Part shown: positions 40,760-49,849 of the stretch, one piece after another
How positions within the stretch are numbered: the stretch's first letter is position 1
How the letters are laid out: each line of letters begins with the position of its first letter
Origin: an uncultured Chloroflexia bacterium
GTDB taxonomy: Bacteria; Chloroflexota; Limnocylindria; Limnocylindrales; CSP1-4
Direction: 5' to 3'
Length of the DNA stretch: 64,000 bases
NCBI GenBank assembly: GCA_963749705.1
Contig: CAVVNQ010000006.1
Location: 1 to 64,000 of the forward strand
Made by a program: the position numbers and the translations under genes
Notes under the pieces: model-generated
Databases searched by the model: none
The model's input: the letters and a program-made list of their open reading frames with translations, nothing else
What the model was told of the DNA's origin: nothing

Positions 40760-41248
40760 ATGAAGCGGATCCTGGTCGTCCTCACGCTCGCAGCCATCGG
40801 CCTGAGCGTGGTTCCCACGGCAATGGCCACGACGCCGAGCAGCGTCAGGTTTGAGGTGTCGGTCGCGCTCAACGGCAACCTCACGGCATCGACCACCTCG
40901 GGCACGTTCGTGGCGTCGGGTGCGATCGCATCGAGCGGAACGGAGCAGGGCCATGGCTGGTTTGCCGGCCTGGGCCACCTCAAGACGGGTGATCCCAACT
41001 CGTTGCACGCGGCGATGACGCTGACCGATGGCAGCGGGTCGATCTCGCTCGATCTGGTCGGCCTGTTCGGTCAGCTGCCCGCCCCGATCGCGACCGGCGA
41101 GGGACGCTGGTTGATCACCGGCGGCACCGGGGCGTACGCGGGGATCCAGGGCGAAGGCTCGTGGTCCGGCACGGCCGACTTCCGGGCTGCCATCGCCGGC
41201 AACGGCCCGCCGATCGTCACGTTCGTCGAGCTGGGGCAGGTCCACTAG
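40760..41248 (+). CDS. Secreted beta-rich hypothetical protein
   Basis: GGAGG RBS, signal peptide MKRILVVL..AMA, and a WLITGGTGAYAGIQGEG motif. Confidence 0.75.
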   Translation: MKRILVVLTLAAIGLSVVPTAMATTPSSVRFEVSVALNGNLTASTTSGTFVASGAIASSGTEQGHGWFAGLGHLKTGDPNSLHAAMTLTDGSGSISLDLVGLFGQLPAPIATGEGRWLITGGTGAYAGIQGEGSWSGTADFRAAIAGNGPPIVTFVELGQVH

Positions 41249-41356
41249 CGGGGCGATCCACGTCGCCGCTGGCACCGGCCGAGCGCGCGCCATCGAAGCG
41301 GGTCAGGCGGGTTCCCGGACCATGAGGCGCCCGCCTGCATGCTGATCCTGCACACG

Positions 41357-41390
41357 ACGCCTTCCGACCTCGCACGAGTCGGGAGGCGTC
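41357..41390. terminator. Long hairpin between convergent genes
   Basis: gacgccttccgacctcg-ca-cgagtcgggaggcgtc, with no U-tract. Confidence 0.35.
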
Positions 41391-41438
41391 ACGCCGTTCC
41401 GGATGACCCGACCCGGCCCGAACGTGGCGAACGACGTG

Positions 41439-42863
41439 TCATCGGGTCGTGGTCGCAGCGGTGCCCTCGCTGGCTGCCGGGCCTGGCCTGGCCGGCAGCT
41501 CGACCCGGAAGGCCGCGCCCCCCTCGGGACGGTTGGCAACGCCGATCCGGCCCTGGTGCCGGACAACGATCCAGTGGGCGATCGCGAGGCCGAGGCCCGT
41601 CCCGCCCGACGGCGCGCCGGGTGCCCGCCAGAACCTGTCGAACACGTGGGGCATGTCCTCGGGGCGGACGCCCGGCCCCTGGTCGGCCACCTCGACCGAC
41701 ACGATCGGGCCGGCGGCGCGCACCGTCACCCCCACCTCGCCACCGCGCGGGCTGTGGCGGACCGCGTTGTCGACCAGGATCATGACCAGCTGGCGGAGGC
41801 GCTCCGGATCGCCATCGACCATCGCCGGCTCCGGGTCCACGGTCACCTTGACGCCGCGAGCGTCGGCAGCGCGGCCGAGCGTCGACGCGGCATCGAACGC
41901 GATGTCGCCGAGGTCGAGCGGCTCCGACGCGAGCGCGACCGCGCCCGAATCCGACCGGGCGAGCAGCAGCAGGTCGTCGACGAGCGAGGCCATCCGGCTC
42001 ACCTCGGCATCGATGTCGTCGAGGGCCTCGCTGGACTCGCCGATCGGGCGATCCCGGTGCCGTGAGAGATGCTCCACCGACGAGCGGATCACGGTCAGCG
42101 GGGTCCGCAGCTCGTGGCTTGCGTCGGCCGCGAACTCGCGCTGGCGGCGCAGCGCGTCGCGCTGCGCGACCAGCGAGTCACGGATCGGGACCAGCGCGCG
42201 CCGCGCGTACACCGTCCCGAAGCCGAACGCGACCACCACCACCAGCACGCCGCCCACGAGCAGCACCGTGAGCAGCGCATTGAGGGTCTGCACCTCGGTG
42301 GTCCGGTCCTGGAGCACCTGGAGGAAGTAGGTGTTGCCGTCCTGCTGGGCGACGACCTTCCAGGTGAGGATCCGGATCGGCACCGTGGTCGACTCCCCGA
42401 CCGCCGTGCCGAGGGACAGGTTTGCGGTGCGCACGTCGCGGCCGTCGGCCGCGGTACGTGCGGCCGCCATGCCATCGTCCTCGGGCAGGCCGGTGGGCAC
42501 GACCACAGGCCCGCGGCCGACCTGGACGGGCGTGCCCGAATCGTCGAACGCGAACAGCAGGGTGTTGCCGCCACCGAACACGAACCCGAGCGTCGGCCGG
42601 TCCTGGTCGCCCGCGGACGGACCCTCGAGCGCGTCGACGAGCGGGCGTGCTCGATCCGAGAGCTGCTGGACCGAGGCGCCCGCCAGCGTGTTGGCAACGG
42701 CGGCGTAGAGCACGGCACCCAGCACGACGAGCACGACCAGCGTCGAGGCCCCGCTCCACGCCACGAGGCGCCAGCGGACGCGCCGGATGAGCCGCGCCTC
42801 CCCCGCCAGGGCGGCCTGCTCGGCACCGTCCTCGACGGGATCGATGCGGGTGCCGTCAGCCAC
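41439..42863 (-). CDS. Sensor histidine kinase (MprB-like)
   Basis: Two TM helices, H-box FAADASHELRTPL, N-box LVDNAVRH, DQGPG and GGTGLGLAI. Confidence 0.92.
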   Translation of the reverse strand: MADGTRIDPVEDGAEQAALAGEARLIRRVRWRLVAWSGASTLVVLVVLGAVLYAAVANTLAGASVQQLSDRARPLVDALEGPSAGDQDRPTLGFVFGGGNTLLFAFDDSGTPVQVGRGPVVVPTGLPEDDGMAAARTAADGRDVRTANLSLGTAVGESTTVPIRILTWKVVAQQDGNTYFLQVLQDRTTEVQTLNALLTVLLVGGVLVVVVAFGFGTVYARRALVPIRDSLVAQRDALRRQREFAADASHELRTPLTVIRSSVEHLSRHRDRPIGESSEALDDIDAEVSRMASLVDDLLLLARSDSGAVALASEPLDLGDIAFDAASTLGRAADARGVKVTVDPEPAMVDGDPERLRQLVMILVDNAVRHSPRGGEVGVTVRAAGPIVSVEVADQGPGVRPEDMPHVFDRFWRAPGAPSGGTGLGLAIAHWIVVRHQGRIGVANRPEGGAAFRVELPARPGPAASEGTAATTTR

Positions 42864-43533
42864 TGGACAGGCGATAGCCGATGCCGCGGACGGTCTCGAT
42901 CTGCGAGCCCGCGTCGCCCAGCTTCGTCCGGAGGTAATGCACGTACGCGTCGACCGCGTTGGGGGTCACGGCCACGCTGAACGGCCAGGCGTGATCGAGC
43001 AGCTGGTCGCGCGTGAGCGTCTGGCCCGGGTGACGGAGGAGCGCCTCGAGCAGCGAGAACTCGCGCGGGCTGAGGTCGACGTTGCGGCCGTCGACGGTCA
43101 CCCGGCGCGCGGTCTCGTCGAGGGCGATGGCACCGCTCTCGAGGCGTGGTGCGGGGCGACGGGGACCGGGCTCGGCACGCCGGGCCAGGGCCCGCAATCG
43201 CGCGGCGACCTCCTGGTACGCGAACGGCTTGACCACGTAGTCGTCCGCGCCGGCGTCGAGGCCTGTCACCCGATCGTTGACCGTGTCACGCGCGGTGAGC
43301 ATCAGGATGTTGACGTCCATCTTGTCCCGCCGCAGCCGGCGTGCGACGTCGAGACCCGACATGTCGGGCAGGCCGATATCGAGGATCACGACGTCGAGCC
43401 CCTCGATGGCCGTCGCCAGCTCGAGCCCCGTCCGCCCGTCAGGAGCGTGCTCGACGACGTGCCGATCCTCCTCGAGCAGGCGGGTCAGGGAGCGAGCGAG
43501 GCGTTCGTCGTCCTCGACCAGAAGCAGGTGCAT
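42856..43533 (-). CDS. OmpR-family response regulator (MprA-like)
   Basis: LLVEDD, ILDIGLPD, GLDAGADDYVVKPF and ETVRGIGY. Confidence 0.92.
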   Translation of the reverse strand: MHLLLVEDDERLARSLTRLLEEDRHVVEHAPDGRTGLELATAIEGLDVVILDIGLPDMSGLDVARRLRRDKMDVNILMLTARDTVNDRVTGLDAGADDYVVKPFAYQEVAARLRALARRAEPGPRRPAPRLESGAIALDETARRVTVDGRNVDLSPREFSLLEALLRHPGQTLTRDQLLDHAWPFSVAVTPNAVDAYVHYLRTKLGDAGSQIETVRGIGYRLSSG

Positions 43534-43559
43534 GACGTTCCCCAGCGTCGATCGCGTTC

Positions 43560-43576
43560 CTGAGAGCGCGCTGAGA
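43560..43576 (-). promoter_or_regulatory. MprA-box-like direct repeat upstream of the response regulator
   Basis: Minus strand TCTCAG-cgcgc-TCTCAG. Confidence 0.65.
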
Positions 43577-43682
43577 GGCATTCTGCCGGAAATGGCGGCC
43601 GCCGCTCCCGGGGTGTTCGGGAGCGGCGGTCTGATCCGGGTGGCGTCTCACCCGGATGTCGACACTCGGGCGCCCAGCGCGA

Positions 43683-44714
43683 TCAGGCGCCCTGCCCGGC
43701 GGTGGCGATGGCGATGAGATCCGAGGCATCGTTGATGGGGATCGCGAAGCCGAGGCCCTGGGCGCTCGACGCGATCGCGGTGTTGATCCCGATCACGGCG
43801 CCGGTGCCGTCGAGCAGCGGTCCCCCGCTGTTGCCGGGGTTGATCGCAGCGTCGGTCTGGATCAGGCCACTCAGGGTCGTCGACTGGCGGGTGGCCTCGT
43901 CGGCGACCGTGATCTGGCGGCCCAGGCCGGACACGATCCCGCGGGTCACGGTCTCGGTATAGGTGCCCAGCGGGCTGCCGATGGCGAGCGCCGTCTGGCC
44001 GACCTGGATGCCACCGGAGTCGCCGACCTTCGCCGCAGTCAGGCCAGTCGCATCGATCTTGATCAGGGCCAGGTCGTTGTCGGACGCCTGCTTGACGATC
44101 GTGGCCGGGAAGGTCCGGCCGTCGGACAGCTCGACGCTCAGGCTGGTGCTGTTCGCGACCACGTGGCGGTTGGTCAGGATGTATCCGTTGGCGGTGAGGA
44201 TGATCCCGGACCCGATGCCGCTGGTGGGCTGGCCGAAGGGCGAGAACCGGCTGGTCGAGAGGCCGTCGGCCGTGATGGTCACCACCGATCGCTGCGCCGC
44301 GGCCACGATCGAGGTGAGGTCGGTGCTCTGGATGGTGGTCGTGCTGGTGGTGGTGGCGGTGCCGATGGTGGCGGCGGGCGCGCTCGCGACCTGAGGGATG
44401 AGCTGCTGCACGACCAGCGCCGTGCCGCCCGAGGCCAGCGTCGCGCTGAGCAGCGCCGCGGCGAGGATCGGGCCGAACCGCCGACCCGCTCCGCGGCGTC
44501 CGTGATCCGTCCGCGCCGGCGGTGCCGCGGAGCTCGAGAACTCAGCCGGCTGGCCCGTCGACGCGAACGGCTGCGCCGTTGGCGATGCGGGCCCCGCCGG
44601 GTACCCCGGCGACCCATCGGGGGCGATGCCTGCGGCGCGGGACGGCGGCGCAGGTGGAGCCGAGGGAATGAACGGGTCCGGCTCGGGGTCGGCGGGGGTG
44701 AACGGTGGGATCAT
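43683..44714 (-). CDS. HtrA/trypsin-like serine protease, membrane-anchored, no PDZ domain
   Basis: GSGIIL..LTNRHVV, DLALIK and QTDAAINPGNSGGPL. The protein ends shortly after GFAIP. Confidence 0.9.
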   Translation of the reverse strand: MIPPFTPADPEPDPFIPSAPPAPPSRAAGIAPDGSPGYPAGPASPTAQPFASTGQPAEFSSSAAPPARTDHGRRGAGRRFGPILAAALLSATLASGGTALVVQQLIPQVASAPAATIGTATTTSTTTIQSTDLTSIVAAAQRSVVTITADGLSTSRFSPFGQPTSGIGSGIILTANGYILTNRHVVANSTSLSVELSDGRTFPATIVKQASDNDLALIKIDATGLTAAKVGDSGGIQVGQTALAIGSPLGTYTETVTRGIVSGLGRQITVADEATRQSTTLSGLIQTDAAINPGNSGGPLLDGTGAVIGINTAIASSAQGLGFAIPINDASDLIAIATAGQGA

Positions 44715-44771
44715 CGGATGTGGCTCCTGGCGAGGAGGTCGTTGCCTTGATGTCCAGTCAACGCCCGGTGC

Positions 44772-44788
44772 CTGAGAGTGACGTGAGA
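44772..44788 (-). promoter_or_regulatory. MprA-box-like direct repeat upstream of htrA
   Basis: Minus strand TCTCAC-gtcac-TCTCAG. Confidence 0.55.
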
Positions 44789-44931
44789 GGCGGGCCACCA
44801 GCGCGCTCAAACACTGATCAGGCGCCGTTGTGGTCAGGCACGGCCGACGCCGTCCACATGATTCCGCGGCCCTCTGGGTGGGGAGGAGGCCACCCGGAGT
44901 GCCGCGGTTGCCCATATTCAAGCGCTCAACC

Positions 44932-44948
44932 CTGAGAGGTCGCTGAGA
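44932..44948 (-). promoter_or_regulatory. MprA-box-like direct repeat upstream of htrA (distal)
   Basis: Minus strand TCTCAG-cgacc-TCTCAG. Confidence 0.6.
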
Positions 44949-44952
44949 GCCG

Positions 44953-45723
44953 TCAGCCCCGGGTGAGCTGTAGCTGGAGCTCCATCGTGCCGTGGTCCTC
45001 GACCGACAGCACGGGCCCGGCCCGGGGTCGCTGGATCCCGAAATCGGAGAACAGGATCGGGAGCGAACCCGCAACCGTGATCACCCCATCCTGGACGCGC
45101 GCCTGGAGCGGGATGCCCACCGACCGGGTCTGTCCGTGGAGCGTGAGGTCGCCGGTCGCTGTGACCTCGACGATCTGCCCCTCGGCGGGCATGACGCCCA
45201 GCTCGATCGGTGAGGTCAGGATGAACGTGGCATTTGGGAACCGCGAGGTCTCGATCGCCTGACGTGCCAGCTGGCGATCACGGTTCGACTCGTCACTTCG
45301 CAACGTGGTCAGGTCGGCGGTGACCTCGGCCGCCGTGATCGTCGTGCCGTCGATCGTGATCGATCCCGTCACATCGGGCGTCCGACCCACGGCCTCGGCG
45401 GCCCCGATCGTCGCCAGCACCTCTCGCACCCGGTAACCCACGAACGACCCCGACCCGTCGGCCAACGAGCCGATCGAGGCGTCGACCCGCCACGTCCCGC
45501 CGATCCCGGCGGGTGTCGCCCCCGGCGTCGCCGCGCCGTCGGCACTCCCCGGCGAGCCCACGGCAGGCGAGCCGGTTGCGGGCAGGCTGGCGAGGGACAC
45601 CGGCGGCGGTCCGGCAGGTCGGAAGAACAGGTACCAGACGCCCGCGCCTGCGCCGATGGCCAGCACGAGGGCGAGGATCGCGACGATCCCGGCCCAGCGT
45701 CTCCGGAGCCAGGGTTGCGTCAT
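44953..45723 (-). CDS. YceI-family protein with N-terminal TM anchor
   Basis: GSFVGYRVRE..LRSDESNRD..GDLTLHGQTRSV..FSDFGI. Confidence 0.85.
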   Translation of the reverse strand: MTQPWLRRRWAGIVAILALVLAIGAGAGVWYLFFRPAGPPPVSLASLPATGSPAVGSPGSADGAATPGATPAGIGGTWRVDASIGSLADGSGSFVGYRVREVLATIGAAEAVGRTPDVTGSITIDGTTITAAEVTADLTTLRSDESNRDRQLARQAIETSRFPNATFILTSPIELGVMPAEGQIVEVTATGDLTLHGQTRSVGIPLQARVQDGVITVAGSLPILFSDFGIQRPRAGPVLSVEDHGTMELQLQLTRG

Positions 45724-45822
45724 CTGCAATTCCTCCTGCGAGGTGCTGGCTCCGCGGCGAGGCAGGAAGCACCTTGGTGCGCCGGGCAAGCGACGGATGT
45801 CCGACCGGCCGGTGGGCGTCGT

Positions 45823-46278
45823 TCAGCCGCCCGCCTTGTAGGGGTACGTCACCCACTCGTCGACGGTTGCCGCGTAGTGGTCCGGGCGGCCACCGACCCG
45901 CGACCGGCCGGGCTTGTAATGGATGACCGCCGAGGTCGCCACGCCGCCGGCGGCACGGACCCGGGACACCACCTCGGTCATCGTCTCGCCCGTCTCCCAC
46001 ACCTCGTCGACCACGAGGACCCGCTGGCCGGACAGCAGCTGCGACTCCGGAAAGTGCCCGATCCTCGGCGCCTCGTGGGTGCGACCGTCGGCGAGGTAGA
46101 ACTCGGCGCCGGCAACGAGGATCTCGCGCAGGCCCAGGCGATACGCGAGCATCCCCGCCGGCACGAGCCCGCCCCGGGTGATCGCGAGCACCAGGTCGTA
46201 GTCACCTCCCACACCCTCGGCAAGGCGCCCGACGAGCGCGTCGAGCGCCTCCCAGCTGACCACGAGCGTCTGCGGCAT
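45823..46278 (-). CDS. Purine phosphoribosyltransferase (type I PRT)
   Basis: AITRGGLVPA, PRPP loop VLVVDEVWETGET and WVTYPY. Confidence 0.85.
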   Translation of the reverse strand: MPQTLVVSWEALDALVGRLAEGVGGDYDLVLAITRGGLVPAGMLAYRLGLREILVAGAEFYLADGRTHEAPRIGHFPESQLLSGQRVLVVDEVWETGETMTEVVSRVRAAGGVATSAVIHYKPGRSRVGGRPDHYAATVDEWVTYPYKAGG

Positions 46279-46332
46279 GACCAGATCATCGCCTACCCGC
46301 CGTCGCCGCGTCGTCCGGGATGACCGGCGACC

Positions 46333-46392
46333 GCGCGGCCTCAGCCGGTCGCGGTGTCCAGCGCGCGGCCTCAGCCGGTCGCGGTGTCCAGC
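46333..46392. repeat. 29-bp tandem duplication at the modB 3' end
   Basis: gcgcggcctcagccggtcgcggtgtcca occurs twice. Confidence 0.75.
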
Positions 46393-47213
46393 GCTCGTCC
46401 CCAGTGGAGCGCCCGGACCGCGAGCAGGACGCCGGCCGCGGCGAGCACCAGCACCGCGGCCGCGGCGATCGAGGCATCCAGGTCGCCGCCCTGGAACTCG
46501 CCATACACGAGCAGCGGCAGGGTCTGGGTCCGCCCCTCGACGTTGCCCGCGAACATGATCGTGGCGCCGAACTCGCCCAGCGCCCTGGCCCAGGCCATGA
46601 CCAGCCCCGCGGCGAGCGCGGGCGCGGCGAGCGGGACCGAGATCCAGCGGATGATGTCCGCCTCGGTCGCCCCGTCCACGCGCGCGGCATCCTCGACATC
46701 GCGGTCGACAGCCGCCAGCCCCGCGCGAGCGGACCGGATGAAGAACGGCGAGGCGACGAACACCTGGGCGATCACCACCGCCAGCGTGGTGAACGGGATG
46801 CTCAGGCCGAGCAGGTCCAGCGGTGCACCCAGGAGGCCCCGCCGGCCGAGCACGAGCAGCAGCGCAAGCCCCGCGACCGCCGGCGGCAGGACGATCGGCA
46901 GGTCGACCACGGTCTCCAGCAGCGCGGACCCCCGGAACCGGCGCCTGGCGAGGACGAACGCCAGGGGCATCCCGATCGCGATCGTGACTGCCAGGCTGCA
47001 TGCCGTGGTCCCCAGGCTCAGCACGAGCGCGTCGACGACGGCGGCGGAGCCGAGCATCGCCGCGAACGACCCGCCCGCGATCGCCCGCCCGACGAGCACG
47101 ACCACGGGCAGCGCGAGCAGCAGCCCGAGGACCCAGGCCACGGCGAGGGAGGCGCGACCGGCGCGCCGCGAGCCGCGCGCGGGCGATCCCCCGAGCGCCG
47201 GGATGGCGGTCAC
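46371..47213 (-). CDS. modB: Molybdate ABC transporter permease
   Basis: DLPIVLPPAVAG and WARALGEFGATIMFAGN..TQTLPL. Confidence 0.92.
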   Translation of the reverse strand: MTAIPALGGSPARGSRRAGRASLAVAWVLGLLLALPVVVLVGRAIAGGSFAAMLGSAAVVDALVLSLGTTACSLAVTIAIGMPLAFVLARRRFRGSALLETVVDLPIVLPPAVAGLALLLVLGRRGLLGAPLDLLGLSIPFTTLAVVIAQVFVASPFFIRSARAGLAAVDRDVEDAARVDGATEADIIRWISVPLAAPALAAGLVMAWARALGEFGATIMFAGNVEGRTQTLPLLVYGEFQGGDLDASIAAAAVLVLAAAGVLLAVRALHWGRALDTATG

Positions 47214-48073
47214 GGTGCCAGGAACCCGAACGGACGCAGGACCGCCTGCCCGGCCTCCCCGGCGACCCAGTCGAGGAAGTCGGCTGCCGCATCGACGCGA
47301 CCACCTCGGATCACGACCCCCGCGTACCGGGCACGCACCTGGGCCCCCGCCGGGATCGCGATCGAGCCGACCTTCGTGCTGCTGGCGGCATCCGTGGCAT
47401 AGACGAACCCGGCATCGCCTTCACCCAGCTCGACCTTCGCCAGGACGGCTGCCACGTTGTCCTCGCGACTCACCGTGTTCGCCTCGAGCGCCGCGACATA
47501 GCCCGGCGGGTACCCGGTGATCGAGCCGAGGTTGGCGATCACGCGGTCGGCATAGGTCGTGATCGGGACCCGGGCGCCCGCGGCGACCAGGCGGATGCCG
47601 GGGCGGGCGAGGTCGGCGGGCGTGGCGATCTCGGCGGGGTTGCCGGCCGGCACGACGAGCGCGACCGAGTTGCTCGCGAACGGGATCGGATCCCCGGCCG
47701 TGAGGCTCTCGTCGGCGAGGGCCTGCGGGTTCGCCTCGTCGGCGGACAGGAACACGTCGAACGGAGCGCCCTGCTCGACCTGGGTGCGCAGCGCTGCCGA
47801 CGATCCGGTGGCAACGGTGACCGTGGTCCCGGGATGCGCGGCGCTGTACGCGTCGCCGAGGGCGACGATCGCGGTCCGGAGCGAGGCAGCCGCTGCGACC
47901 CGAAGCTCGATCGAGGCGCCCGGCGACTGGGCGTCGCCCGATGCCGACGCCGGCGCGCATCCCGCCGGCACCCCGGCGGCGAGGAGCGCAAGGATGACGA
48001 TCCGGCTCGCGATCGCGCCCCGGCCGGCCGCGGTCACCCGGGCGGCCGCGGTCGCCTTGACGGCCGCGGTCAC
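47210..48073 (-). CDS. modA: Molybdate ABC transporter substrate-binding lipoprotein
   Basis: AAAASL, GSSAALRTQVEQGAPFDVFLSAD and KVELGEGDAGFVY, with a lipobox-like PAGC. Confidence 0.9.
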   Translation of the reverse strand: MTAAVKATAAARVTAAGRGAIASRIVILALLAAGVPAGCAPASASGDAQSPGASIELRVAAAASLRTAIVALGDAYSAAHPGTTVTVATGSSAALRTQVEQGAPFDVFLSADEANPQALADESLTAGDPIPFASNSVALVVPAGNPAEIATPADLARPGIRLVAAGARVPITTYADRVIANLGSITGYPPGYVAALEANTVSREDNVAAVLAKVELGEGDAGFVYATDAASSTKVGSIAIPAGAQVRARYAGVVIRGGRVDAAADFLDWVAGEAGQAVLRPFGFLAP

Positions 48074-48501
48074 CCTCGGGTCTCGCGCCTCGACGCGACC
48101 TCCACCACGACATTGGTCGCCTTGACGACGCACACGGCATGGTCGCCGACCCGCAGCCCGAGCTCGTCGACCGCCTCCGCCGTCATCAGGCTGACCACCC
48201 GGTGCGGACCCGCCAGCACCTCGACCACGGCCGCCACCCGGTCCTTCTCCACCCGGGTGACGATGCCCTCGAACCGGTTGCGTGCCGATTGCGCGACGAC
48301 GGGCCGGTCCGCCGTCTCATTGCGTCGCTCGGCGAGCAGTCTCGTCACCTCGGCGACCGGTACCAGCCGCTGGCCGCCCGGTGATCGATCAACCTCCAGC
48401 CGGCCCTCCGCCTCCCAGCGCCGCAGCGTCTCGACGGTGACGCCGAGCATCTCCGCGGCGTGGCCGACCCGGAGCAGATGTGAGGACGACGATCCGGTCA
48501 T
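48070..48501 (-). CDS. MerR-like HTH + TOBE/Mop molybdate-sensing regulator
   Basis: LRVGHAAEMLGVTVETLRRW, then SARNRFEGIV..SLMTAEAVDELGL..VKATNV. Confidence 0.85.
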   Translation of the reverse strand: MTGSSSSHLLRVGHAAEMLGVTVETLRRWEAEGRLEVDRSPGGQRLVPVAEVTRLLAERRNETADRPVVAQSARNRFEGIVTRVEKDRVAAVVEVLAGPHRVVSLMTAEAVDELGLRVGDHAVCVVKATNVVVEVASRRETRG

Positions 48502-48557
48502 CCCCAGATACTAGATCCAGAATCGCCGATTGAACAGCGGTATGACAGCCCTGGTAC

Positions 48558-49283
48558 CTAGGTCCCGTCGCCGGACTGCGTCGCGCCAGGGGCGGGCAGC
48601 GTCGGCGTCGCTCCGGCCCGGTCCATGTCATGGCACAGGACGCAGGTGTCGTCGGCGCGCAGCGCGTGGTCGATCGGGAGGGCCCCGACGTTCGACGCCT
48701 GGTGACACGACCGGCAGGTCAGGTTCGGGTTGTTGGGGTGCGGCTCCTGGGGTGGCTTCTCGGCGGCCGGCTTGTGACACAGCCAGCAGTCATCCTGGTT
48801 GCGCCCGACCATGCTCGACGGCAGGTGCGCCACGCTCCCGTGGCAGTCCAGGCATGGCCGGTCGAGCTCCGAGTGCGCCTGCGTGATCGCCGGCCCCGGC
48901 TGCGCCACCGTGTGGCAGTTGAGGCACTCCGACTGGGCGATGCCTTCGTGACCCGGCGCCTTGCGACCCAGGTCCTCGTTGGTGTGGCACACCAGGCAGG
49001 CCTGCCAGCCGTCCAGCGGATGACCCAGGGCCGGGATCGGCTTGAGACCGCCTTCACCGCCCTTGTCGTGACACAGGAGGCAGTCGCTCGAGGTCGGGAT
49101 GTGGGCGAGCCCCATCTGCATCAGGTCGGCGGACGGCGCCGCGGACGCGCTCGGGCTCGGCTGGGCGTCGAAGTCAGGCAGGATCTGGAGCCATCCGGCA
49201 ACCATGATGCTCGCGAGCGCGGCCACGACGAGAAAGTTCGCCACGATCAGGGCACGCAGCCCCCGGTCGAGCCCGGTCCTCAT
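48558..49283 (-). CDS. Membrane-anchored heptaheme c-type cytochrome
   Basis: Seven CxxCH motifs (CLLCH, CLVCH, CLNCH, CLDCH, CWLCH, CRSCH, CVLCH), an N-terminal TM helix and an ATGA overlap with the protease gene. Confidence 0.85.
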   Translation of the reverse strand: MRTGLDRGLRALIVANFLVVAALASIMVAGWLQILPDFDAQPSPSASAAPSADLMQMGLAHIPTSSDCLLCHDKGGEGGLKPIPALGHPLDGWQACLVCHTNEDLGRKAPGHEGIAQSECLNCHTVAQPGPAITQAHSELDRPCLDCHGSVAHLPSSMVGRNQDDCWLCHKPAAEKPPQEPHPNNPNLTCRSCHQASNVGALPIDHALRADDTCVLCHDMDRAGATPTLPAPGATQSGDGT

Positions 49284-49849
49284 GACGCCGCTCCTGCCAG
49301 CTCCGCCGGCCGTGATGACAACCTCGATGCGAGGGCCACGGCGTGGGCCGTTCGACGGACGGCTTCGACCGCCGCCGGCAGCGCCGCGACGACCCCGCGC
49401 GACAGGCCGGGCCCGACATCGATCGCGCCCGCCTGGACACCCACCAGGACGACCTCCGGCGGCAGGATCGCGAGCAGCTTCGCGGTCGCGAGGAGCTCGC
49501 CGACCCCGCCCTGGCGGGACAGGGCCCGGAACCCGCCTGCGGCGGTCAGCCGCTCGCCGCGCACCACGGTGACGGTTCCCGGTGCATGGCCGAGGTCGAC
49601 GGCGTCGACCAGCACCAGCGCCCCTGCGTGCTCCACGTCGGGCAGCAGGTCGAGCCCGAGCGTGCCGCCGTCGAGCAGTCGGGTGCCGGGGGGCAGCGCG
49701 CCGGGATCGTGCTCGGCCGACCGGCCCAGCGCCTCGACCACGCGCACCCCGACACCATCGTCGCCCAGCAGCACGTTGCCCACGCCGATGACCACCACCG
49801 GGCGGTCGTCGATGCGGTCCGGCGTGCCCGGGCCGTCGTCGCGGGTCAT
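49280..49849 (-). CDS. hyaD: Hydrogenase maturation endopeptidase
   Basis: IGVGNVLLGDDGVGV, DGGTLG and VLVDAV. Confidence 0.88.
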   Translation of the reverse strand: MTRDDGPGTPDRIDDRPVVVIGVGNVLLGDDGVGVRVVEALGRSAEHDPGALPPGTRLLDGGTLGLDLLPDVEHAGALVLVDAVDLGHAPGTVTVVRGERLTAAGGFRALSRQGGVGELLATAKLLAILPPEVVLVGVQAGAIDVGPGLSRGVVAALPAAVEAVRRTAHAVALASRLSSRPAELAGAAS

